From Macrostomum lignano (Eukaryota): DNA of 64,000 nucleotides. The notes under the pieces were generated by a model. It worked only from the letters and a program-made list of their open reading frames with translations, ran no database searches and was not told the origin of the DNA. The position numbers and the translations under genes are program-made. How positions within the stretch are numbered: position 1 is the stretch's first letter; every line of letters starts with the position of its first letter. Below are positions 49,150 through 60,576 of this stretch, piece after piece. The stretch lies in NCBI GenBank assembly GCA_002269645.1, contig NIVC01001281.1, positions 256,859 through 320,858 on the forward strand. The letters are read 5' to 3'.

Positions 49150-49459
49150 TTAGTATCTTGGCCGGACGCACACCTTGAACGGGGTGCCGTAGCCGGACCG
49201 GCCCTCCCACTCGCAGAAGGAGCTGCAGCACTGCCACCACTGGATGCAGGACTCGCCGAGGCCGTGGCATTGGTTCAAGTGGCTTCTGCACCCGTGAGCT
49301 GCGCTGTACAGCAGAGCTGTGGGTTTTTAAAATGCGCCGATATTTCTAACGCCTACTATGAGTAGCATGCGACATTTAATAGTGTCTCAGCGGTGCTAAA
49401 AATGGAGCACGTGACTCACCTACTAGGAGATAGAGCATCAGAAGCGGGAGGCTGTGCAT
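49150..49459 (-). CDS. Secreted inhibitor-cystine-knot peptide C, 2 exons, 62-64 aa
   Basis: Exon 1 49459-49420 (MHSLPLLMLYLLV, phase-1 GTGAG donor). Exon 2 ends ...NQCHGLGESCIQWWQCCSSFCEWEGRSGYGTPFKVCVRPRY* with TAA at 49150-49152. Spacing C-x6-C-x5-CC-x3-C-x14-C. Exon 2 starting at 49298 is in frame; starting at 49303 needs a 1-nt insertion. Confidence 0.82.
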
Positions 49460-49659
49460 TATTGCCAGCAGATGAAGAAGTTCCTGGCACACTGAAAGCA
49501 GTGGCGGCTGCCGATGAATTAACTCCGGTATGAGCTTGAGGTTTTGTAGACTTTATTTAGGCTTAGTACTTGAGGCTTTTGGCCATAGACAGGGGCCTCG
49601 GAGTGGGGCGAATTCTAAAGTTCTAAAAAAAGCATCTGTAAATAAAAGCGCAGCAGTTA

Positions 49660-50420
49660 GACTCCTCAAGCCAGCTCATTATAGACTCATCATGCCAGCT
49701 CATTATAGACTCCTCATGCCAGCTCATTATAGACTCCTCATGCCAGCTCATTATAGACTCCTCAAGCCAGCTCATTATAGACTCATCATGCCAGCTCATT
49801 ATAGACTCCTCATGCCAGCTCATTATAGACTCCTCATGCCAGCTCATTATAGACTCCTCAAGCCAGCTCATTATAGACTCCTCATGCCAGCTCATTATAG
49901 ACTCCTCATGCCAGCTCATTATAGACTCCTCATGCCAGCTCATTATAGACTCCTCATGCCAGCTCATTATAGACTCCTCATGCCAGCTCATTATAGACTC
50001 CTCAAGCCAGCTCATTATAGACTCCTCATGCCAGCTCATTATAGACTCCTCATGCCAGCTCATTATAGACTCCTCATGCCAGCTCATTATAGACTCCTCA
50101 TGCCAGCTCATTATAGACTGCTCATGCCAGCTCATTATAGACTCATCATGCCAGCTCATTATAGACTCCTCATGCCAGCTCATTATAGACTCCTCATGCC
50201 AGCTCATTATAGACTCCTCATGCCAGCTCATTATAGACTCCTCATGCCAGCTCATTATAGACTCCTCATGCCAGCTCATTATAGACTCCTCATGCCAGCT
50301 CATTATAGACTCCTCATGCCAGCTCATTATAGACTCATCATGCAGCTCATTATAGACTGCTCATGCCAGCTCATTATAGACTGCTCATGCCAGCTTATTA
50401 TAGACTCCTCATACCAGCTC
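49660..50420. repeat. 24-bp minisatellite, about 31 copies
   Basis: Unit atgccagctcattatagactcctc. Confidence 0.95.
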
Positions 50421-50804
50421 ATTATTGGTCCAGAAAAAAATGCTCACAAAATCGTGGGAGCCTCAGATTCCCAAATTCCGCATCATCCTATCCCCTCTCT
50501 CGTATATCCCCTATTGGGAATTGACTCCCGTGACTCCCTTGACACTCACTGCAGCAGGTTTTAATTGACTTGCTAGTTATAAAAGAGATGAAGTTGGTTC
50601 TGTGAGCGGCCATGCCTTTCAGACGCTGGTTCCTGGTACTCCACGCTCCCCCTGCTCATCCCCCTCATGTAGTGCACTCCAGTCGTGAGCTGCCACCCTG
50701 CTGGGAGGCTGCTCCGCTGCCAATAAAATGCCCAACCCGCCCTGCCTGCCTCAGACCCTCCGGCCATCGTGGCAACGCAGCGCCAACCGCCCGCAAACAG
50801 CGAC

Positions 50805-51703
50805 ATGCGACCCCTGACTCTCTGCTGCCTCCTGCTGCACCGCCTTGGCTGACGACGACTACGACGGCTGCAGCAGCGATGGAAAGGAATCCCTGAGCCC
50901 CTCTGGCAACCTGAAGAACTCCGGACCGCACCAACCTGATCGGTGAGCGGCGGTGGCGGTGGTGAATGGCTGACTGTGTTGGTGAATGACTGACTGTGTT
51001 TTTTAAATCACTAGCTGTCACTGAAAGTCCCTGGCTGTCACTGAGAGTCACTGGCTGTCACTGAGAGTCACTAGCTATCCCTGAGAGTCCCTGGCTGTCA
51101 CTGAGAGTTACTGGCTGTCACTGAGAGTCACTGGCTGTCACTGAGAGTCACTGGTTGTCACTGAGAGTCAATGGCTGTCACTGAGAGTCACTGGCTGTCA
51201 CTGAGAGTCACTGGCTGTCACTGAGAGTCACTGGCTGTCACTGAGAGTCACTGGCTGTCACTGAGAGTCACTGGCTGTCACTGAGAGTCACTGGCTGTCA
51301 CTGCGAGTCACTGGATATCACTGAGAGTCACTGGCTGTCACTGAGAGTCACTGGCTGTCACTGAGAGTCATTGACTGTCACTGAGAGTCACTGGATACCC
51401 CGGCAAACCCGCAGTGTCGTTGGCGGCCGCCGCTCAAACCCGACCAGTCGGTATCGTCGCGACCTCAGCGGCGGCAGGCGCCGCAGCCGGCGCAGCCCCC
51501 GGGGCCACCTCCGCTGGCCGCTGAAAGATGAGCTCCCCGCCTCGAACTCCGAATTCCAGCTCGGCGTCGAAGGTCGCAGCTTGAAGAAATACCACTTTGG
51601 CGGCCGCCGCAGGCAGGGTGGCAGCGGTAGGCGGCCGGAGCTTTTGCTGTACCTACAGGCTCAAAATTCTCAATTTTGTTTAACCAGCTCAATGCTGCTT
51701 TAA
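50805..51703 (+). other. Spliced transcript segment with unresolved reading frame (intron 50943-51409)
   Basis: GTGAG donor at 50943, a repeat-filled intron and a cccgcag acceptor. The joined phase-2 frame is open (TALADDDYDG...PDR|VVGGRR...SLKKYHFGGRRR) but is out of frame with the ATG at 50805. Confidence 0.4.
51005..51395. repeat. 20-bp minisatellite in that intron
   Basis: Unit gtcactggctgtcactgaga. Confidence 0.93.
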
Positions 51704-51899
51704 AATAAACTCGCGAGTCTGTACCACTGAAGATCGTAGGAATTCCCACGGCAGGTGTTTGGGGTCAGAAGTGGCTCTACAAGTTTTGCAACTTTGACTT
51801 TGGAAAAAATTACTTTAGACTGGGAAACAGCAGCAGAGCTGAAGCAAAGTCACTGGATTTCCTACCTGTACATAAGAAGAAGAAGAAGAAGTTGATTAC

Positions 51900-52160
51900 A
51901 CCTGTCCTAACCGACAGCTCAACCGCAGCTATCGCGCGGCGCATCTGAAGGCTACGTACGGCTGTTCAGTCCATGAACTGGAGGGTCGCCACAAACACCC
52001 TCAATTACCCCAGCTAATGCTGGCACCCATTTTACAGCGGGGTGAACTGAAGCAATGCAGAGTTAAGTGCAGCCTTGCTCAAGGACACAAATTGTTCCAA
52101 GTGGGTCGAGAATCGAACCCCCAACGTTCAAGTCGTGAGTACGACGCTCTGACGACTACG
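51900..52160 (+). mobile_element. CORE-SINE (MIR-like) or L2-tail element
   Basis: cccattttacagcggggtgaactgaagcaatgcagagttaagtgcagccttgctcaaggacac...gaatcgaaccc resembles the MIR core and L2 3' tail (cccattttacagatgaggaaactgaggc...gttaagtaacttgcccaaggtcac...ggattcgaaccc). Boundaries are approximate. Confidence 0.65.
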
Positions 52161-52340
52161 AGCGTAGGCTACAACCCCTCTCAATCGTATCAAACCATTG
52201 ACCTGACTGAGTCCGAGTAGTTCTAGCCGCAGTCAGCGGCAGTGCTGTCTATGGCACAAATCAGGGCAGTTTAACCGACAAGCCCCAGCAGAGCCCAGCA
52301 GGCAGAAGGCACATGGCTGCAGGGGGCACCAGTTTGGCAG

Positions 52341-52452
52341 ATGTGCAGCCGCCGCACCAGCATGTACTTGAACAGCTCCAGCATGTACTTGAACAGCAGC
52401 AGCATGTACTTGAACAGCTCCAGCATGTACTTGAACAGCACAAGCGTCAACA

Positions 52453-52497
<45 letters not shown>

Positions 52498-53982
52498 GCT
52501 CAGGCGATGACGGCGACGGCAGCAGCGAATGCGACGGCGGATTCGCCGTGATGGCCGCAACAGACCGCAACAACTCCATGGCCATCTCCGAGTTCGGCAT
52601 CGGTAAAGGAAGCTACCAGGCGCCGAAGAAGCCTGAGGTGAGACTGTCTGCAGCTGGCTTTGAATCTTGAAACTTGGTTGAATGAGTGCCTGCGATCACA
52701 TCCGTGTGGCTGAGTGCCTGCGATCACATCCGTGTGGCTGAGTGCCTGCGATCACATCCGTGTGGCTGAGTGCCTGCGATCACATCCGTGTGGCTGAGTG
52801 CCTGCGATCACATCCGTGTGGCTGAGTACCTGCAATCGCAGCCGTGTGGCTGAGTGCCTGCCGAATCAACCAAGTGGCGGACGTCGCTGCAGCCGTGCCG
52901 TTCCCACCGACAGCCAGTCGAGGCCTACGTGCCCGAGGAACTGTCGGCGCCGGCGGAGGAGTTTCGGGAGACGTTCCGACCGGAGACCGGGAGCTTTGTG
53001 CAGCTGTGGCTCCGGGTGCGCCGGATGAACTACGAGCAGCTGCTGTGGCAGCTGATCAGCACGGGCCGGTTCCAGAGGGAGCAGACCTACGACCCGGAGA
53101 ACCTGCCCTTCTGGACCATCGGCATGCGGGTGAAGGTCAGGTCCCAGTTGACCATGGGCCGCGTGATGGCCGCCATCCGCTGCCGTCTGGGCACCAACTG
53201 TCCCGGCCTGCGCTTCTGCCTGGACGGCTTCTTTGGAATGCGAGGCTACTCAGACATCTTCAACAGCGCTGGTGAGCTGAGTAGGAGGGAGCAATAAGGA
53301 AATGCAGGAGGGCGCAATGAGGTACTGCAGGAGGGCGCAATGAGGTACTGCAGGGGGGCGCAATGAGGTACTGCAGGAGGACGCAATGAGGTACTGCAGG
53401 GGGGCGCAATGAGGTACTGCAGGAGGGCGCAATGAGGTACTGCAGGGGGGCGCAATGAGGTACTGCAGGAGGACGCAATGAGGTACTGCAGAGGGCACAA
53501 TGAGGTACTGCAGAGGGCGCAATGAGGTACTGCAGGGGGGCGCAATGAGGTACTGCAGGAGGACGCAATGAAGTACTGCAGGAGGGCGCAATGAGGTACT
53601 GCAGGAGGGCGCAATGAGGTACTGCAGGAGGACGCAATGAGGTACTGCAGGAGGGCGCAATGAGTGCCGTAGGAGGCCGCGCAGTTCGAGTCAGTAAACC
53701 TAAAATAACGAATCACCAACGCCCCCACGCTCAGACGCGTGCCCCTGGATGGAGATCTCAAACTTCTCCACGGCCATCAGCCTGCGGCTCCAGCATGGCG
53801 ACAACGTGTTCATCAGCATCGCCACGCCAGCGCAAATCGCTGACGTGATTGCCTGGCGCAGGACGCTGGCCATGTCGATGTCGAAGCCGAAGGAGAGGCA
53901 GATGTCCGTGAAGGAGGACGACAGCTCAATCATTGGCAAGATCGCCTACGACAGTCAGGTGATGCACGAGCTGCTGCTGTGA
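52341..53982 (+). CDS. Uncharacterised protein of about 300 aa with a SUMO/ubiquitin-like C-terminal region, 3 exons
   Basis: Exons 52341-52637, 52914-53271 and 53735-53982 with phases 0 and 1 form an open frame. Poly-Gly N-terminal region. MRVKVRSQLTMGRVMAAIRCRLGTNCPGLRFCLDG...LQHGDNVFI resembles the SUMO pattern FKVK..T.L.KL...YC.RQG......LRFLFDG...GD.I. The start codon is uncertain. Confidence 0.72.
52685..52860. repeat. 29-bp repeat in intron 1 of the UBL-like gene
   Basis: Unit tgagtgcctgcgatcacatccgtgtggc-type. Confidence 0.9.
53290..53665. repeat. 24-bp repeat in intron 2 of the UBL-like gene
   Basis: Unit gcaatgaggtactgcaggagggc-type. Confidence 0.92.
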
Positions 53983-54565
53983 GCCGCCTGTGCGGTTCTC
54001 GCTGCGCCGCTGGTCCATCTGCACACACGAAGCCTTGGACCGCATTCTCAGTGCATTAATTTTACTCATATACCATAATCCGCAGCCACGTCTCTATTGC
54101 TTTAACACGCAGTAAATGAAGCTGATGTCACACTTTAAAGTTTAGCTGTAACATTTACACTAAATGAACGTGCGCTGTGTCTCACTGGCTCGTTTACTCT
54201 CATGGAATGATGGACAGCTGAAGTAGGGCGCAGCACTTTCTTAGAAATGAGCCGGATGCTGCTAAGGGGAACGCGCATACGTATTTTCCGTATTTGCCTG
54301 CGCACTTAGTAGATGCTATCGAGAAATCGTATTTTTCTTACGAATCGAATTTCTGCATGAAAACCCCATTCAGCTGACAGAACGAAAGCTCACAGCTCAT
54401 TTCTAAAAAAATGCAGACTGTCACGTGGCAGCTGGCTCTCATGACAATTTTAAGCGCTTATGAAAATTGATTTTATGCGCCTATGGGTTGGGAAAGGGCC
54501 AGTCGGTTGTTGCTGAATAGTTGATTATTCAGAAGAGCTTCGAAACGGCAAAATACATGTTGTTT

Positions 54566-54625
54566 GGGCCTACCAAATTTGCCAGCCATGACAGACGTTT
54601 GCCAGCCATACATTTGCCAGCCCAT
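54566..54625. mobile_element. Possible transposon terminus with subterminal repeats, same family as 7400-7491
   Basis: gggcctacc followed by three tttgccagcc motifs. Confidence 0.35.
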
Positions 54626-54684
54626 ACGGCATACCGGTACATGTACGTACATTTGCTAGTCAGGCAAAAATTAACAGTAGAACG

Positions 54685-55615
54685 ACCAAGAGGGGGGAAA
54701 TTCCCTCCCCCTCCCCCCGACAATTTTTTTGCTGCGCCGGAACGGAGCAACAATGCAGGCACACGAAACTCAAGAACACCGGCTAACTTTCTGTTGCGCC
54801 CCTTCTCAAACAAAAGGATCAAGTCGTCAGCCCTCCGGACCGTCAAGATATTCGACGATTCTGCCAGAAGGTCGGATTTTTCCCATAAGCGCCAGTGTAT
54901 TCAGTACACCCCTGTGCGCCAATCAACACTGCGCCTCAGTGCAGCCTTGCCAAGCCTCCAAAGTGCATCAGCACGTCGACCACGTGTGCCTGCATCAGCT
55001 CTGACTTCGTTTGTTAATGGGAAGGTGGAGCTTCTGGACATTCAACAGGTGGCACAATGTGACGATATGAACACCCTGATGCAAATTTCTCGAGTTTCGC
55101 CAATCAAGCCTCGACAGTGGGCAAACCTCAGCTGCCGGACATCCTCAGCCAGTCTCTCAGACATATAGCTCGAAATCTGACATAGTTGCAACAGGATCTC
55201 CATAGTCACCTGGTGCCACCTGTTGAAGGTGGCGACGGCGTCCGGGTGATGACTGAATGCTTGCAAGACTCTGAGGATGTCCCGCGGCAGTTGAAGTTTG
55301 CCCATTATTGAAGCTTGATAAGAAAAATCTGACATATAATTGCACAGCAGGATGTCCATATAACCATGGTGAAATTTCGAGGCTTGGCAAGGCTGCACTG
55401 AGGCGCGGTGTTGGTTGGCGCACCTGAATACACTAGCGCTTATGGGAAAAATCTAACCTTCTGGCATAATCATCGAATATCTCGACGGTCCAGAGAGGTT
55501 TGGCCACGATTCTTGTTTGAGGTCGCAAAACAAAAAGTTTGCCGGTGTTCTTGAATTTCGTGTGCCTGCTGCGTTGCTCCGTTCCGGCGCAGCAAAAAAA
55601 TCCCCCCTTCTTGGT
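54685..55615. mobile_element. Foldback or long-TIR non-autonomous element, about 930 bp
   Basis: Imperfect inverted arms of about 240-270 bp (54685-54958 versus 55379-55615), starting accaag and ending cttggt, plus internal inverted modules. No clear TSD. Confidence 0.75.
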
Positions 55616-55616
55616 A

Positions 55617-56034
55617 TAGTATTTGTCATGCTATCTCAGCCTAGAGACATCCAAACTCAGCCAGCCCATCTCAACAGTGCGATTTTTTATGTAAGCCAGT
55701 CAAGTTTTACCATAGACATGCTTCTTAAGGCCATGCTATCTCAGCCTGGGACATGCAATCTCAGCCACTTTTCAGATTCTTACTGACTTTTCTTGCTGCG
55801 TTCATTCATTGCTGTTTGTTGCCATTTCATGTCACGTTACAGAAATGATAGCATTGAGATCTGTTTGCAATTGAAATCTATATTGGCTGAGATTGCATGT
55901 CCCAGGCTGAGATAGCATGGCCTTAAGAAGCATGTCTATGGTAAAACTCGACTAGCTCGAGCCAAAAAACGCATTGCGGAATGGGGCTGGCTGAGTTTGG
56001 ATGTCCCTAGGCTGAGATAGCATGACAAAAGCTA
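55617..56034. mobile_element. MITE with inverted arms of about 145 bp, abutting the foldback element
   Basis: 55623-55767 is the near-perfect reverse complement of 55884-56028, with a spacer of about 116 bp. Possible TA flanks at 55615-55616 and 56035-56036. Confidence 0.8.
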
Positions 56035-56899
56035 TAGTTCTATACTGTTAATCAGCCCTAGTTTTACAATTCAATAGTATACGAGTACGAACATGTACAA
56101 GGGCAGCGTATTATGCACAAATACGGTGCAAATCATGTAAAAGCGTAAAGGCTCTTTTTCACATATCACATCGCTATAAAACTAGACTGAAATTCGTTTG
56201 CTGACACGTACAATTCAACATAAAATTCATTCCTTACATTGCTGTTTGGGAAGTTGATGCATATGGCTCATCGATAATAGCGAAATGGCTCTGACGTAAA
56301 GCGATCGCGCGCGCAAATGCTAAGTGTGTGATAAAAATAGGTCGCGGTGCATGTAATAACATTTGTGTAAAGATTTTTAAAATAGTTTTTTTTAATTTAT
56401 TGACTAAGCAATAAACCAATTCGATCCATTTATGGCTGTGGTTTTTCTGTGGGGCCATGTGTGCATGTGGGCAGCAAGGGCCACTATCTAGGAACACTAG
56501 TAGTCCTTTGGCGCGGGCAGCATGGTGTCAAGATGTTAAGGCCGATCATATTAGACTATATGTAAAGGCAAAGCAAAAAAGTGATGATATATACCCATTG
56601 TGTAGCGGGATCGAACTGTTTGAAGGGCGTAAATGTGCTGACTGGCAACTTTGGATGGCAGTAGCAGGCTGGCTACCGCGGGGGGGGGGTATCTGAATAT
56701 ATTGTATATATAAACTTGCGATCCATTTTTGCTGAATAGATTTCCACACGTTTTTGGCATTATTTGACAAAAAAAAACGAAGAAAAGAAAAAGATATCAA
56801 CGATTATTAACTGTAATTTACTCATCAGTCAGAAATTGAAGTAACATATAGCTGGACCAATAAAGTATTATCACTATGAAAAAACGGAATGCAAAAGTT

Positions 56900-59800
56900 A
56901 CCTATAAAATCATGAATTGGCAGTTAATTCCTTCTCTTGTCTCTTATTCGAATGCGTATGCGCAAATCCCTTGGACATAGCTACAGTTGAATTTCATTTA
57001 ATATGCATCATCATTAGTTTGTCGTAAGTAACGTTAACGACATGCGAAAACTATCCCAACAATTACGAGTGCTTTATTTTCAAAGAAAACCGATGTTTCA
57101 CTCAACTCAACACTGTTTCACAAAATTGTTAATTAATTTGTTGATAAATTGTGGTTTGATTTGCGTTTCCTAGTAGATTAAAGAGTAAAGCCGCTGTGCG
57201 AAAACCCTATTAAACAGTTAATAAACGTCATATCAACCGAGGGAAGTGCGTAGGCCTATCATAAGTTACAGTTATTTAACTTGAATTATCATCATGGATT
57301 CAACTCATCTTCTGGCACTTAAAGGTGAGCGTTCTTAACTAGTATTGAATGAAATGAAAATATTTTTAAAATTTTCCTTTTTTGTTTTGATGTTAATAAG
57401 TCTTCTTTTATATTTTACCAAGTAAATTTATTAGACACAAAATATGTGGTAAACCACATTAGGGCATACAAAAAAACTTATGTTCATTCTAAATTTATAA
57501 TATATCTACTATGGATTAGTTTTTTTTCAAAAAGTTAGATTTAATATTTATTTTACCCTTATATATAATATGTTTCTTAATACATGGTAATTTTGGAAAG
57601 TTTAAAAATATGTTGAGTCTATAACATCTAACATTAAATATCTAATATCTAAGACTTAAAAGAATGCTATGCCACTGAAACTTTATCTTCTTGCCAACTC
57701 TACAAAATATTTTTGAGTAAAAACTCAGAAGTTATTTATATAGTATTTAATGAATTATTATAATTAGTATAATTATAAAGACCTTTACCTTTGGTATATC
57801 ATGATTCATGTATTACCATTGTATATCATGTTATGCTCTGCTTAGTTTTTAGTGTTCTACCAAAAAATCAAAAAATGCACAAAATGATTGGTTATCATTT
57901 TCAATTTATTCCAATATGCAAGTAAGCTATTATATTATAAGTTTATAGGGTTACTAGAAAATAAAAAAATAATTTTAATTAACTTAAAAACTTTGTCTTC
58001 CACCAGGAAGGCAACAAAGAAAAGAATATTTTTTGAATAAAATATATGTTTCAACAGTTTATAGGTACTAGACATATTATTAATTTATTAAGTAAAATGA
58101 TATTTACAACAAAAATATCTAGGCTAAAAGCAAATTATCTAGCCTAAGATATTGGCACCTCCTTTTCTTAGTCAAGATCATGGCATACCTATGTCAGAAC
58201 AAATCCTATCAAAAAAGTTTGCTTGCACTGTGCCTAAACTTTAGTAAAAACATAAGAATAAAAAAGTACTGGTAAAACTTGTATATAAATCTATTTCATA
58301 GTCATAGAAATTAGAAAGTGGAATATTAACATATTTTAATTGAAAAAGCCCTCAACATACCAACAAACAAAAAAGTGCTACTTTTCTATTTGCAAAATAT
58401 TGTCTTATAGAAAGTTTTTATTTTGTACCAAATTGTTTTCCTTGATTGGCTTTGAACACCAATTTAATATTTATTTGAAGGCTTAGCCTATCTTTTTTAA
58501 TCTGGATTAAGTTGTATCCAGCAAAATGATGATTGCTTTGATCCTGGAAAAGTTTGCATCTATGTTCATATTTACAAGTAAACTGTCTCATAAACTATTT
58601 TGGGCTTGTTTTACAATCAAAAAGATTATTTGTTATTATAAAAATAATATAAACTTTAACAAAGTATTTATTATAGGTTATCTGCAAATATGAGTTGTAC
58701 AAAATATAAAATTATTAGTTATAGAACAGAAGACCTTTTATAATTCTAGTATAATTACAAATATATATATAAACTAAAATGTCTTTTTGGCATAATAATA
58801 TATTAACTCTTTAATTTAAAAATATTCCAGTGTTATTTTGTTTTTAGGATTTTTGTTATTATCTTGTCAAGGCTAAATAGGGCTTAACAATAAGACATAT
58901 ATTAGTGCATTTTTTAAATGCAATAGAATAGTATTTGTATAAAATATGCTTCTAGATATACCCTCTTAAGGTATTGTAATATTGTACCTTTTCTACCAAC
59001 TGATATATTAATCTTAGGGTTGGCAAACTCTGGCCTGTAGGCTGCATAAAGCATCTATCCAGCCCTAGGCTCTTTTTAAATTTCACAATGGCAATCTGGC
59101 CTGCTCAAGTTTTGTCTCTTCTTAGCTGTCTTTTTTCTCTATTCTTCCCTCTCCACTCCCTTCCTCTCTCTTCCCTCCTTTCCCTTCTCCTTTCTCCCAT
59201 CCCCTCTCCTCTCCTTTTCTCCTCCCTTCTCCTCTCTCCCCTCCTTTCACCTCTATCTTCCTTTTTTCTAGGCTGCAGTTATGTGGTAGATTCTATATCT
59301 GGACCCTGTAGTAATAAGTTAAGAACCAAAAATAAACATTAGTATACAATATCTCTTGTTTTAACAATTGTTCCAAGTTGTCTAACTGTGTTTCTATCTA
59401 ATATTTGTAGATTACACTTATAACTAAAACAAGACAACCACTAAGACAAGACAAGATATGCTAATTTAGAAGCTGAGAAAATGTTTTTGAGAAGTTGATG
59501 GTCATTCTATTGAATATTACAGTATTACAAATTTAATTTCATACTTATAAGCAAATCTTTAGTCTAATGATATCATAGTACCCATTAAAGTAGATACTTA
59601 AAGCTAAAGAGTGAGTAGTAGTATACAGAAAGTATTTTTGACAATTTTTAGATTTGTAGACAGACTAATTATATTCTCAAGAGGCAATCTAGTCTTGATT
59701 CACTGATGTATGCATAATAGATTTTTTACTTAGCTAATTATAATTTCCTATTTTATGTATTACTCTTCAAATTAATTATTTATCAAATTTATCTGAGTTG

Positions 59801-60050
59801 GCAAATTTCACAGGTTGCTACTGCATTCCTTACTGCTAAAAGCTTTTAGTAATACCTGAAATTTCAGTCAGAAAAAAATGAGCTCGACTGTGAACTGTGT
59901 GTATTTGTTGTGTTAAGGACAGTTATCAGTGTTTAATAAATTTATGCAATAATTAAGCAGCAAAAATTAATCTTTGATATGCCATAACTTTTGATTGTTC
60001 AGGATTCACAAAATTTTACTTGAATTAGGCTTGAATATAATGACAAGAAT
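56900..60050. other. Strongly AT-rich non-coding island with a polypyrimidine tract at about 59110-59270
   Basis: Visibly AT-rich, with no credible ORF. Similar islands lie at about 12350-12960 and 34330-35600. Confidence 0.7.
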
Positions 60051-60572
60051 GCGATGAGCTGACACTCAATGAGCTGACATTCAATGAGCTGACATTTGAT
60101 GAGCTGACACTCAATCAGCTGACATTCAATCAGCTGACATTCAATCAGCTGACATTCAATCAGCTGACATTCAATCAGCTGACATTCAATCAGCTGACAT
60201 TCAATCAGCTGACATTTGATGAGCTGACACTCAATCAGCTGACATTCAATCAGCTGACATTCAATCAGCTGACATTCAATCAGCTGACATTTGATGAGCT
60301 GACACTCAATCAGCTGACATTCAATCAGCTGACATTCAATCAGCTGACATTCAATCAGCTGACATTTAATCAGCTGACATTCAATCAGCTGACATTCAAT
60401 CAGCTGACATTCAATCAGCTGACATTCAATCAGCTGACATTCAATCAGCTGACATTTGATGAGCTGACACTCAATCAGCTGTCATTCAATCAGCTGACAT
60501 TCAATCAGCTGACATTTAATCAGCTGACATTCGATAAGCTGACATTCAATCAGCTGACATTCGATAAGCTGA
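60050..60572. repeat. 15-bp minisatellite directly after the SLC10 stop, about 35 copies
   Basis: Unit tcaatcagctgacat. Confidence 0.95.
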
Positions 60573-60576
60573 GCAG

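Noticed and set aside
48258-50564. Repeat ORFs of 200-340 aa (ENGVVDQAPG, MPAHYRLL, MSWHEESI)
   Set aside because: They are open in several frames and on both strands because the unit lengths (54 and 24 bp) are multiples of 3. There is no unique coding flank.
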